A stretch of DNA of 64,000 nt from Octopus vulgaris (GCA_951406725.2 OX597815.1:185566001-185630000); one strand, 5' to 3'; positions 11,276-24,061 are shown, counted from the first letter of the stretch. Notes: a model not told the origin generated them from the letters alone. Numbers and translations: made by a program.

Positions 11276-12111
11276 ATAAAGATATATATATATAAGTACC
11301 ATACACAATGCTTCAGAGGTTCTAAAAGAGTCATAGTTTTAATTATCCCATAATCATTTCCCTGGGACATTATATTCATGTTGGTAAAGAATTTAATGGG
11401 GGTGAACAGAGTGCTTTAAGATATTTGATTAAATGTCTCATATGTTTTGTTTTTTCTAAGTTCAGAATTTCACTGAAGTCGATTTCATCTTTCATCACGC
11501 ACGGCTCCATCAATGCAACGGACTGGAGTTGATTGAGGCTGGGAAATATACTAGAATCAATCAGTCACAGTATGCCGTCGCTTTAAAAAGGAAAGCCTTG
11601 CGTCCAGTCAAAAGAAGTCGTTATTATCCTGAGATATTCTCAGTCGAATGTGAATGAAAGCCTACACAGAAGATAATATAGATTTCTGTAATATTGATTT
11701 CGGGGAAACTTGCATAACTTGTTTCTCTCATTTCTAAAAATGAATAATAATAATCAGTATTGATGGAAATGTTCATGAAATAAAGTATTGTGATGTGCCA
11801 CAATAGAGTGAAATTCTTTACAGGAAGCATAATAAAAATGACTAATTAACCATTTCATGTAGCCCAGAATAAAATGAAAAAAGACACACAGACAGACATG
11901 AATATGTATTCTGAATATGCACATGAATATATATATAACATATACATATATGTATGTATGTATGTACGTATATATATATATATACATACACACATGAAAT
12001 CTATTTTCTAACTTAATTGATTTAGTCAGGCAAGAGGTTAAAGCTAGTTTTCAGCAGGTTTTGTTTTTGCAGCAAAACTAAATGATTAAGCAAGTTAGAA
12101 CAAGCATAACA

Positions 12112-12153
<42 letters not shown>

Positions 12154-12432
12154 TGTATATGTATATATATATGTGTGTGTGTATATATATATATATGTGT
12201 GTGTGTGTGTTATTGATATTATTATTATTATTATTTAAAACAATTTGATTCAGCTCCATATGTAACTCTCAATAAATGTGTTTGAGTCCCTTTTTCTCCT
12301 GCTTGACCACTCATACACACACAGACACACACAGACACACACACACACACATAGATATGTTTCGACCAAAAATTGATCCAGGCCATGTCTAACTTAATAA
12401 TAATACCACCTGATAGGATTATCGAAATCCTT

Positions 12433-12474
<42 letters not shown>

Positions 12475-13384
12475 CAATTATAAATAAGAGCAAAAGAAAA
12501 AAATTTCTATGCCAATATGCTGAGAAATAGACTTTAAATCGTCAATCACTACATACAATATACATCACTATAAATATATGCTGGCCACTTGAGAAAATTT
12601 TTGAAAAACATTTTATCCTATATTAGAAGCATATATACATGTATATATATATATATGCATTCATGCATACACACTACATGCTACATTCATATATGTATTT
12701 ACATTTTCGTTACAAAAAACAATTGAAATACAATTTATTAAAGTACATTTACTCTGTTAACTACTAGCTTATTACTAGGTTTGAGCTAGTAACATTTATG
12801 AAGATGCTTTATCTGCTCAAGATAAGAAGTAAATTTTCTCTAACAAATTACCTATTGCCTATAAGATATTTGCTATGCATATAGAGTGCTATTATCTGAG
12901 GACAGCATATCTTAGGATATAAATGTCATGGCCATGGTTAGAATATCTAACTGAAGAATTCTTCTATCATCTAATTCCATACCAAAGGTTTTAATAAAAC
13001 AGACAGACTTAACAATAACTACAAGAGAGTCGATTTTCTTAATCCAAGAACAATGACAGTTGACTTTTACAGGATTTGCATTAGTGAAGCAGATGAGATA
13101 CTTTACGTTATCTAAAAGCATATAATGTGAAGGATAAATTATGATAGTGAGTTAGGTGACACAGAAGATTCAAAATACAATGCACGTAATATACATTGAA
13201 AATATAGTTATTGTATGCATGTCACACACTCAGCTGACAACTAGTCGGGGAAAATACAGGAACTATTTTCTCATTACAGATATAAGTTGTAGAATAAATC
13301 AAATCAACTGCATGAAATACAGTCCCAGGAAATGTTGGTGTAAAAGAATTTAATCAGATAATAGATATATTCAGCCTTTCAACA

Positions 13385-13590
13385 ATAGGCACAAGGCCTG
13401 AAATTTTGAGAGAGGGTGTCAGCTGATTACATTAACCCCAGTACTCAACTGGTACTTATTTCATTGACCCGGAAAGGATGAAAGGCAAAAAGTCCATCTT
13501 GGCAGAATTTGAACTCAGAATGTAGGCGCAGACGAAATACTGCTAAACATTTCACCCAGTGTGCTAATGTTTCTGCCAGCTCACTGCCTT
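13385..13590 (-). mobile_element. Family B SINE
   Basis: Has the same central block and head as the other copies. Confidence 0.8.
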
Positions 13591-13861
13591 GCATACATAT
13601 AAGCGTGTTGCTTCTATACGCTACATGGATGTCAATTGGCAAAAAAAAAAAAATAAAAATTGGGAAGGAAAATAAATAAAAAAAGGAACCCAAATAAATC
13701 AGTGTTTGCTGAGTGATGCATCACACAGTATTTACTTAGCACTGAGTAACAGAAACACATTATGAGTCTGTCTGTCTCTTTGGCAGAAACACAGTGAAAT
13801 AGGGATTGGGTCATAGGAAGCCTGTAACTAAAGCCAGCATTGTTTACCAAATTAAATATAA

Positions 13862-14257
13862 ATCCATCCATCATTTTGAATCCAAGTTTTGTCCCCATTA
13901 ACAGATGGAAGGATCGACCTCACTGCCATGGCAACCACCCTCAGACCATCTCACCCAGTTCTGGGTATCCTCCATTCTCAAGCCAACCCTCCCAATCTCC
14001 TCCTCCACATTTTCCTTGGTCTACCTCGCTTTCGCCATCCATTCACCTCAAACTCTAGCACCTTCTTCAGAACATGCTCCTCATCCCTCCCTCAACACAT
14101 GCCCATACCACTGCACTCCATTCGCCCTTGCTAGCCATTCCACCAATTCCTCCAACCCCAGCATCTCCACCAAGTCCTCAGTCCTTCTCTTATCAAACAA
14201 CCTCACATCACACATTTCTCTCACCATTGCTCTCTCAGTCCTTCTCAAAATTTCCAC

Positions 14258-14310
<53 letters not shown>

Positions 14311-14350
14311 AACATCATATCTCACTCTCATACAGCATTGCAGCTCTCAC
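13862..14350 (-). mobile_element. RTE-clade LINE 3' fragment, frameshifted and split by a (TA)n/(GA)n run
   Basis: The minus-strand peptide LRRTERAMVREMCDVRLFDKRRTEDLVEMLGLEE...VQWYGHVLR is typical of the RTE ORF C-terminus. It continues in another frame as EEHVLKKVLEFEVNGWRKRGRPRK. Confidence 0.85.
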
Positions 14351-15189
14351 AAACAAATAAGCAAATAAAAAAAAACATGCTAATAACTGGTCTAGAATTA
14401 CAATAAGTCAAAAGTTATAAATTTCTGACAAGACGTGTTATAAATAACCAAGTTATAATTTGTCATCCATCATTTTATCTAAGACATTGGATATACAAAA
14501 CGTCTGCATATTAAACAAAAGAGAAATGTTGATAGAGATTTCAACAGGTGTTGTAAGACAACTTTCTGAATACATTTACACAAGACATTTCGTTTATTGT
14601 AATATCGGTATGATTTATGGTCTTTTGATTTCAATTCATATTCATCCCTAAAGCGTTTTGCAAATGACAAATAGAAAAATGAACACGAATGTGCATAGAC
14701 AAGCCATTTGTTAATTTTCTGCAGCATATGCCACATAAGGCAGCAACTGATTCCCTACTTGTTATTAAGTGCTGTTTACACATTATGAGGCACCTTCGTA
14801 TAATGTAGTCCCACAAATCATGCTTCTGTTTTCTTTATTGCAAATTATGAAAGATTTATTTTTGTATAAGGTGTTTGGTGTAATTTGTTATTATGTTTAC
14901 ACCAGGCTACTATTTCATGTATTTTCACTTAGACTAATAAGAAACTCCTCTATTATCATTGCATATGTTCGATAAATCAATGGGATCACACACGAGTATA
15001 CCACAGGAAAAACACCTTCATTTGACAATGATCCTTATCTGCAAATTTAAAGGTTTAAGCTGTTTCATCATCACCATCATCACCATCATCAACATCATCA
15101 CCATCATCATCATCCCCACCATCATCATCCCCATCATTATTGTCATAATTATCATCATCACTATCAAGCTAAGTAAAACCACAGTCATG

Positions 15190-15402
15190 GTAGATATCGG
15201 TGCTATGCAAATGGTACCTGTGCCGGTGGCACGTAAAAAGTACCCATTACACTCTCAGAGTGGTTGGCGTTAGGAAAGGCATCAGGCCATAGAAAACCAT
15301 GCCAAATCAGATTGGAGTCTGGTGCAGCCTTCCAGCTTACCAGCCATGGTCAAACCGTCCAACCCATGCCAGCATGGAAAGCAGATATTAAATGATGATG
15401 AT
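15190..15402 (+). mobile_element. Family C retroposon 3' part
   Basis: ggttggcgttaggaaaggcatc...aacccatgccagcatggaaa...(gat)n. Confidence 0.8.
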
Positions 15403-16364
15403 GTGTATGTATTGTGTGTGTGTGTGTGTGTACAGCACAGATTTTGTCTTATCTTTTTTTTTGCCTTCTATTGACAATTTCTATTACAGCTTTATATGTC
15501 ATCATATATCCCAGTAAGTCTTAATCTAAGCAGTCAAAATATCTTCAGTGTGTGCGTGTGTGGGTGGCTGTAGTTGAAGCTAAGAAAATGTATGCTATTT
15601 TTTTTAATTGCTTTAAATAATAAGATTATAGTGTCCAACACAACAACAATATCAGTGGCATTACTAACAGCAACAACCAACCCTCTGTTGTACAAATCTC
15701 ATTACTTGTATTATAGAAATCAATAATGATATTAAATATGAAAAACAATAAGTCTGATATTTAAGTAGAAACCAAGTATTTTGCTTTTTTTTTTTGTTTT
15801 TTTCCAAAGCCATACAGAAAGATAAATATAATAAATTAATGTTTTAAATATTAGGGAAAATAATAACAAAATATATATAATTTTGAATGAAAAACAATAA
15901 AAATGTGTTGAAATTTTATAGAATGTTATTTGTGACTGAATATTTTATTACAAAATAACATAAATGATAGTTTGAATGACAAAACAAACCTTATTGGATA
16001 TGACAAGCTGTAAAACTGAAAAGGTCTTCATACAGCCAAGGTGATGGGGCAACAAGTAAAGTAGACAGATGAGAGTGAGTAACGGTGATAGTATGCAGAT
16101 TTTTATTGGTGCTGCATTGAGTTCGAGTCCAGGAGACTGGCTGAGTTCACTTATCTCTAAGATGAAGTTATAACTGTTGTTTAACCCAGTCAGCACTGAT
16201 AGATGGGATATGATAAGATAAAAACCCTTCCTGAGTCACAGAGACTCATAGAGCCAGATTCCTGGTTTCTATGGAACATATATTCCCCACTGGACAGGAA
16301 AACGGTCCATCACAGGGTTGGTCCTGTTTGCCAGCTGAGTGGACTGGAGCAATGAGGACACAAT

Positions 16365-16710
16365 ATTTAATGTCTGCTTTCCATACGGCATGGGTTGGAA
16401 GGTTTGACTAGGGACTGGTGAGCCAGATGGCTGCACCAGGCTCCAATCAGATCTGGCAGAGTTTCTACAGCTGGATGCCTTTCCTAACACCAACCACTCC
16501 GAGAGTGTAGTGGGTGCTTTTATGTGCCACCAGCAAGAGGGCCAGTCAGGCGGTACTGGCAATGGCTACTCTCAAGTGGTGTTTTTTTACGTGCCACCTG
16601 CACTGGCAATGACCTCACTCAAATTGTTTTCACATGTCACCAGCACAAGTGCCAGTAAAGCAACGCTGGTAACGATCACGTTTGAATGGTGCTTTTTATA
16701 TGCCACCAGT
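16365..16710 (-). mobile_element. Family C retroposon
   Basis: Colinear with the 3003 copy. Confidence 0.8.
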
Positions 16711-17269
16711 ATGGAGATCATACATACCAATACATTTTGTAGTACAATATATAAAACTCATCCCCAAGTAAATAGAGTATTTAATATTTGGTAATTTTAG
16801 TGGTTCAAAAGATTAAGGGTTCATTCATTGGTCACAAATTAAGATTCTAGATTACAAAACCAAAATCAGATGGTCATTTAAAATACTGGATTGCTAACAC
16901 CAAATATCATAAACACAGACCTTCAATGCAACAAGGTAAACTTTACATGTTTCATGGGCCTGATAAAAATAGGAGGCAAATATTCCACAAGCCACACCAT
17001 TTTGACTTAAAAAAGAAATCCATCTTCATCATCATCATTTAACATCAGTTTCCTATGCTGGCATGGGTTGGACAGTCTGACAGAAGCTGGCAAGTAGGAG
17101 CACTGCACCTGATTCCAATTGTCTATTTTGGTAAGGTTTGTATGGCTAGATGCCATTCTAATCACCAACCACTTCACAGAGTGTACTGGCTGCTTCTTAT
17201 GTGGCACCAGCATAGTAAACCTAGATATACAAGGCACAAAAGAAAAACTGGATGGCCATTATTAGAAGG

Positions 17270-17545
17270 CTTTTATTTCGTTTTTGGATTTGGTTTGCAA
17301 GATTCTTTATGTGAGTTCTTGTGTTGAAGCATATTCTGTTGTGTCTGGGGAGAGTCATTTTCTTTTAGTGCCTTATAATTTAACACACTCACTGGTAAAA
17401 TTTCCATTCATTTATTTATTTATTTTGCAAGAGGCAATGAAAATTTTGGAAAAATAAATAAGTAAATGAGTGGAAATTTTACCTGTGTGTGTGTTGAGTA
17501 ATAAGGCACTGAAAGAGAATAACTCTTCCCAAACACAACAGAAAG
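17270..17545. mobile_element. Family F repeat, inverted pair of partial copies
   Basis: It shares tttggatttgg(t/c)ttgcaagattctttat...gtctggggagagtcatttt with the 6560 copy, and the right half is inverted. Confidence 0.6.
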
Positions 17546-17709
17546 CTTTTAATTATAGGCATACACATTTAAGGCTGACCTGGGGCTAAACAGCAACAGC
17601 AAAGACCGTATCACAAGTAGTGAATGTCACATGATGTCTTAATGCCAACTTTCATATATCATGCTAACTGGTGATCATTAGTTGGTACATTAAGCTATGA
17701 AACCCATTG

Positions 17710-17891
17710 AATATAGAACTGTATTATCTAATCGGTATGGTGCCGACATTAGACTTCATTGGGAACATATAGAGAAACTCCATCAAAAACTAGTTTGACT
17801 TTAATTTCCCCATGACATGAAGGCTGGAGGGTATATTAACCAAAACGTGTTAACAACAAACAAGATGAGGACAAATATCTGTCAAATGTAA

Positions 17892-17934
<43 letters not shown>

Positions 17935-18580
17935 CAATAATAATAATAATAACAACAACATCGAAGAATACCTTAGGAATGGGAACCCAGGTTCAAAATT
18001 TCCCCAAGACACCTGATGAAGTCTGGAGGGTATATCAGCCAAAGTGTTGTGTTAACAACAAACAAGATGCAGACTGATATCCATCAAATGTAAATAATGT
18101 AAATAATTCCTCATCTCTTAAATATAGAATTGTATTATCTAATCAGTATGGAGCCAACATTAGACTTCAATGGAGACATATAGAGAAACTCCATAAAAAA
18201 CTAGCTCATCTTTAATTTCCCCCCAAGACACCTGATGAAGGCTGGAGGTTATATCAGCCGAAATGTTGTGTTAACAACAAACAAGATGAGGACAAATATC
18301 CATCAATGTAAATAATGTAAATAATTCCTCATCTCTTAAATATAGAACTATATTATCTAATCAGTATGGAGCCAACATTATACTACAATGGAAACATATA
18401 GAGAAACTCGAACAAAAACTAGCTCATCTTTAATTTCCCCATGACATGAAGGCTGGAGGGTATATCAGCTGGAACGTTATGTTAACAACAAACAAGATGA
18501 GGACAAATATCGTCAAATGTAAATAATGTAACAAACAAGATGAGGACAAATATCCGCCAAATGTAAATAATGTAAATAAA
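17710..18580 (+). mobile_element. Tandem array (~218-bp unit, about 4 copies) of a Penelope/retrozyme-like repeat carrying a minimal type I hammerhead motif
   Basis: AATATAGAA unit starts occur at 17710, 18121 and 18339. The best core is GACAC-CTGATGA-A-GGCTG(gaggttatat)CAGCC-GAAA-T-GTT-GTGTT at 18227-18272. Confidence 0.75.
18227..18272 (+). ncRNA. Minimal type I hammerhead ribozyme motif (family D)
   Basis: CUGAUGA at 18232-18238, stem II GGCUG/CAGCC, GAAA at 18260-18263, stem I GACAC/GUGUU, loopless stem III. Confidence 0.65.
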
Positions 18581-18731
18581 TGTAACACATCCTCCCATAA
18601 TTATAAAATAAATAAAGTAATCACCATTCTTTGCTTGGCTCCCAACTGATTAGGATAAGATGAAAATCATACAAAAAAATACCTTCTAAAAACCAGTCAT
18701 GATTTAAAATTTTAAACATTCATGAAAGTCA

Positions 18732-18776
<45 letters not shown>

Positions 18777-19312
18777 TGTGGCAGGGGTGAATTTGTGTAT
18801 TCATCTGTGAGGTGGGTGTATGAATGTGTATGTGTAAGTGTGTGGTCATAAATTACATTTATGAGAATTGCATCCAGTTGAGTTGACAGCTGGAGAATGA
18901 AAGAGTCTGTGTTTCCTCACCAGTGCATGACTGTATCAATGACCAATGCACTCCGATGACCCTGGTCCAGCCAATGGCCCAACAATAAATAACCATCATT
19001 GGACAGTTTAGTTTACAGCTTAGAGAAAGTGGGAAGAAAAAAAAAATAAAACCAAGTACAGTATAATTAATTAGAGCTTTGTTCGTCTGTTTTGTTAATG
19101 CAGTCTGCTTTGTTAATGAGTTTAGTTAGTTTCCAATGCTAGCAGGTACATGAAATGTGAACCTAACCCATTATGCAATAGTAAAAGTTTAATGTTAAAA
19201 ATCTGTGTGATTGAGGATGTAGTCGTTAAATGATTTTATTCCAGGTGCTGTTATTTGCTAACAGGATTTTCAGTTTAACCACAAGATTATATATGATTAA
19301 TAATAATAATAA

Positions 19313-19530
19313 TCATCATCATCATCACCATCATCATCATCTAATATCTGTTTTCCCTGCTTTCATGGGTTGGATGGTTTGCTAGCAGCTAGCAAGCCAG
19401 AGGGCTGCACCAGGCCCCAATTGTCTGTTTTGACATGGTTTCTACAACTGGATGCCCTTCCTAATGCCAACCACTTTATAGAGTATACTGGATGTTTTTT
19501 TTTGTTTTTTTTTATGTGATACCAGCACCA
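19313..19530 (-). mobile_element. Family C retroposon, diverged (similar fragments at ~17020, 20810, 25930, 43305, 43950, 51260, 55345 and 62930)
   Basis: catgggttgga...ggatgcccttcctaatgccaaccac. Confidence 0.7.
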
Positions 19531-19849
19531 GTGCATAAGGAAAACCATCAACTTATATACATTCCATTGGTCAGTATACAGAAGAACCCTGTCTACAAGT
19601 GATATGAGTTCAGCTCCCATGGGCAGCCTTCAGCTTTTACTATCTAAAAGATGCTTTTGCCCCAACATTTATATGCTATTTTCTACAGCCTCATCATCTG
19701 CTTTGAGATTCACTATTCCAAAATATGATTATTTCACATTCTCTCAAACTTTATAAATTTTTATGACATCAGCTATATACACACATATACAGGTACATGA
19801 ATGGAAAAAACAAAAGAAAAAGGCACTGAACAGTAAGGAGTTACATATA

Positions 19850-20285
19850 TTCTTTTCTACCCTAGGTGCAAGGACCAAAATTTCTGGGGAGGGGGCCAGT
19901 CATTTAGATTGACCCCAGTATGCAACTAGTACTTAATTTATCAACCCCAAAAGGATGAAAAGTAAAGTGTCGACCTTGGCAGAATTTGAACTCAGAACGT
20001 AAAGACAGATGAAATACCACTAAGCATTTCGCCCAATGTGCTAATGATTCTGCCAGCTTGCCGCCTTTAATCTTTTCTACTCTAGGTACAAGACCTGAAG
20101 TTTTGCAGGAAGGAGCCAGTCAATTAGATCGACCCCAGTACGCAACTGGTACTTAATTTATAGACCATGAAAGGATGAAAGGCAAAGTCGACCTTGGCAG
20201 AATTTGAACTCAGAACGTAAAGACAGATGAAATACCACTAAGCATTTCGCCCAGTGTGCTAACCTTTCTGCCAGCTCGCTGCCTT
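19850..20285 (-). mobile_element. Family B SINE, two tandem copies
   Basis: Units begin tcttttctac at 19851 and 20071. Confidence 0.85.
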
Positions 20286-20294
20286 TTTGTTATG

Positions 20295-20500
20295 GTTCTA
20301 TTCGAAGTAGAGATTTGGCAAACATTATCATGGAAGGAAGAGCAGAGGGTAGAAGATCAAAAGGGAGGCAAAGAACATAGTGGATGGACAATAACACAAG
20401 CTGTTTAGTGTTTAGAGAAAAGTGGCAAGGCAGCTGGAGAACTCACACTTGATAGGCAACATGTTCATTGCAGTGTCACCACTCTGCTGCAGGGGTACAA
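20295..20500 (+). mobile_element. Degenerate RTE/BovB-like LINE C-terminal fragment
   Basis: It translates to RSRDLANIIMEGRAEGRRSKGRQRT*WMDN, resembling the RTE GKIEGRRRRGRQRMRWLD motif. Confidence 0.55.
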
Positions 20501-21457
20501 TACATAACAATGTGTATTAGCAAGTATAAGTGGTGTGTATGCGTGTGTGTACATGTGTACATGGTTCGTAAGTATTTGAATTTGCAAGACAGCAGTGCTG
20601 GCATGTTTTTCTTTACACAAGTAAATTAAATGAAATGTCAGCAAATATTACAGTCGCTGAAGTGAATACCTACCATCTGAAAATTATCCTAAGAAGCTTA
20701 TTGTGAGGATTAAGGAAGATTAAGAAATGCACTCTTCTGTGTGTATGTGTGTGTGCATGTGTATGTATACATATATATGTATGTGTGTGTGTGTGCATCA
20801 TAATCAATCATTATTTAATGCCCATCTTCAATGCTGGCATGGGTTGGACAATTAGACAGAAGAAAACAATTTGGAGGACTACATCAACCTCTGGTGTCTA
20901 ACTTGGCTTGGTTTCTTCACTAAGATGCTCTTACTAATAACAACCAAACAAAGAACTTAAATCAAATACACATTCACATGCCTATATTTGAAAATCTGTT
21001 TAATTTTTCCTATTGTTAAAATTATTCTTCCTGCAATTACCATTTTATATATATATATGTGTGTGTGTGTTTGTGAAATGCTGTATCCCTGCCGTAAGAC
21101 TTCATTTCTACACACGCCAGATTGATTTAATTCATCCTTAGTCGAAAGACACCTGTTGTTATGTCCTGTTATTAATTTTATTGTATTTGTGTAATATTGT
21201 TTTTTTCCGTCCTTGTTTTTGCATACATTTGCTGCTTTCTCCCAAGGAATCTAATGCTTTTCCTTGGGGCTAGCCAGATTGGAGTAATCTCAAGTATAAT
21301 CAGCAAAAAGTGTGAAGATAATCTGGTACTCGACTGAGGAAAGAAAACTTTAAATGACCTGTACTTGTCTTCTTTGTATCGTCTATCTGGATGTTTTGTT
21401 GTCCCATTATTGTATCACCTAACTGTCTGGATGTTTTGCATTCTTGTCCCATTTTGT

Positions 21458-21495
<38 letters not shown>

Positions 21496-21521
21496 CATAT
21501 GTAATACCTATATCTATATGC

Positions 21522-21556
<35 letters not shown>

Positions 21557-22500
21557 CATATGTGGGCACAGGATATCATGAAACATGTACAACAAAAGAA
21601 TATGAAGCTTGAGTACATGGAACACAAACTATTCTTTCAAACAACGAAAGACACAAATAGAAAACAAAACAAACAACATAAAAAACGACCCTTCATCAGT
21701 TGCTGGCTGTTTTTCTAGTCTCGTATTTCGAGCATTTAACAACAATATATGCTTTCGATACAACAGTTGCTCCCGCAAAGCAAATTAAATAAAATTTGGG
21801 ATTTTTGCAGAGGGTCAAAATAGGTAACACAAACAGAACAGTGAAAGCAAACAGGAAGGGCTGCTAAGCCTAAACAAGGTTGTGGTGGTGAACGTGTGAA
21901 TTAAGTGTGGAAAGGAGACAAACATGAACATGTCTTCCTTGTTCCAGCTACAATGGAGAGAAAGAAAGAAACACAAGTTAGGGGAAGAAAGATGGCCAAT
22001 GGTCACGTGGGATCCACGTGAGCAAGGGAGGAGAGCAGGAGAGAGTGACAGAGTAATAAAGAAGAGTAGTGGGAGAATAGGAGGTAAAAGAATAAGAGAG
22101 AGAAAGAGAGAAAAACGAAGGATAAAATCTTATTAAAAAATTTTTTCAGTGGCCAGCATATGAAAAATACCTTTTAAGGGGGAAATTATACAATTATAAA
22201 AAAGGGCAAAAAGAAAAAAAATTTATTACCAATATGCTGAAAAATAGATGCTAAATCGTTTAACTACATAAAATATTTACACTTGTTTTATTACACCATG
22301 TGCCGAAACAAAGAAACCAAGCTAACAGAAATTCATAAAGCATATTGGCAAAGAACATTTTAAATTTTTCCCTTATTTATAATTATATATATATATATAA
22401 TAATAATAAAAATATTAGGGAGTGTAACTCCAAACTTAGAGGGAAATATTCAATTCAGTATTGAATCAAATTTCACAATATAAATATATAATATATATAA

Positions 22501-22861
22501 ATTAGAGAAAAACTACTATTATGCAATTCAAGCAATGATAGACATAACCAAATCATAAATAAAAAATAAAATATTTTTTAAAACATATAACTAGATCAGA
22601 AAAAATACAAAAATGAATAAAAAATATATAAGTATATAATATACATATTATAAGTATATAATATATATATTATAAGTATATAATGATATATATATATATT
22701 ATAAGTATATGATATAATAATATATAATACTACTTATATATTGTTTATTCATTTTTGTACTTTTTGTGATCTAGTTATATGTTTTAAAAAATATATTTTA
22801 TTTTTTATTTATGATTTGGTTTATGCCTGTCATTGCTTGAATTGCATAATAGTAGTTTTTC

Positions 22862-22867
<6 letters not shown>
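22501..22867. repeat. AT-rich palindrome with ~135-bp arms
   Basis: 22501-22635 is the reverse complement of 22731-22867. The spacer is made of tattataagtatata repeats. Confidence 0.9.
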
Positions 22868-22916
<49 letters not shown>

Positions 22917-23321
22917 AAGGTATATTCCATTAGGAACGTAGCAGAGCACAGTATAGAGTTTGTTCACCCTTAGAATTTCCAAATAGTCAGTATCAGTATA
23001 TACTTCCAAGTCAAGATTTGGGCATTCATCGTGTGTGATGATAAAATTGAATGAAAGCTAACAAGAAGGAATACAGTTTGACAGTTATTGTAGCGATTAA
23101 AAAATAACTGTCAAACCGTATTCCTTCGTGTTCATTCTAACTTATTCTATACACACACAAACACACACACACATTTTAATGTGTAACATTGATTCCAAAG
23201 TTTCCAGAAGAACCATGATATAAATATTCGTTTTGGTTAAGGAAGAGAGAAAAGTACAATAACAGACACGTAGTCCAAGAACAAGATAATTACATAAGAG
23301 AAATGAAGTAATTCACCGATG

Positions 23322-23680
23322 CAGGCATGACTGTGTGGTTAGAAGCTTGCTTCTCAACCACATGATTTCTGGTTCAGTTCCACTGCATGACACCTTGGGC
23401 AAGTGTCTTTCTACCATAGCCTCAGTCCGACCAAAGTCTTGTGAGTGGATTTGGTAGACGGAATGTGAAAAAAGTCCATTGCATATTTATGTGTGTGTGT
23501 ATGTGGCTTCGTGTCTGTGTTTGTCCCCCATTACAGTTTCATAACCGATGTTGGTGTGTTTACGTCTCCATAAATCTAGCAGTTCAGGAGAAGAAATCAA
23601 CAGAATAAAAACTAGGCTTTAAAAAATAATTCCTAGGGTCGATTTGTCTGGTTAAACCCTTCAAGGTGGTGCCCCAGTTT
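23322..23680 (+). mobile_element. Family A SINE, diverged
   Basis: gcaggcatgactgtgtggttagaagcttgc...ccttgggcaagtgtctt. Confidence 0.8.
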
Positions 23681-23702
23681 TAATTAAAACATTGTCACAT
23701 GA

Positions 23703-24060
23703 TTCTTTTATTCTTTAATTTCTTTCAGTCAATTGACCATGGCCATGCTGGAGCCTCACCTTTAGCTGAACAAATATTGACCCCAGGACTTATTCTTTGT
23801 AAGCCTAGTACTTATTATATCAGTCTCTTCTGTCAAGCCCGCTAAATTACAGGGATGTAAACACACCAACATCGGTCGTCAAGTGATGATTGGAGGACAA
23901 ACACAGATGCACGAATACACACACACACATATATATATATATAAATATATACGATAAGCTACTTTCAGTTTCTGTCTACCAAATATACTCACAAGGCTTG
24001 ACCCGAGGCTATAGTAGAAGACATTTGCTCAAGTTGCCATGCAGCAGGGCAGAACCCGGA
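23703..24060 (-). mobile_element. Family A SINE, head truncated
   Basis: Colinear with 7971-8340. Confidence 0.8.
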
Positions 24061-24061
24061 A

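Noticed and set aside
12510-12560. Possible hammerhead in the repeat shared with 22230-22270 (tatgCTGAGAAa-tagac..gtc..cata)
   Set aside because: Stem-like elements are present, but neither copy has a GAAA box or a proper G8.
21685-21705. Minus-strand CTGATGAAGGG in the repeat-like block at 21080-22130
   Set aside because: No stem II closing onto GAAA or stem I partner was found nearby.
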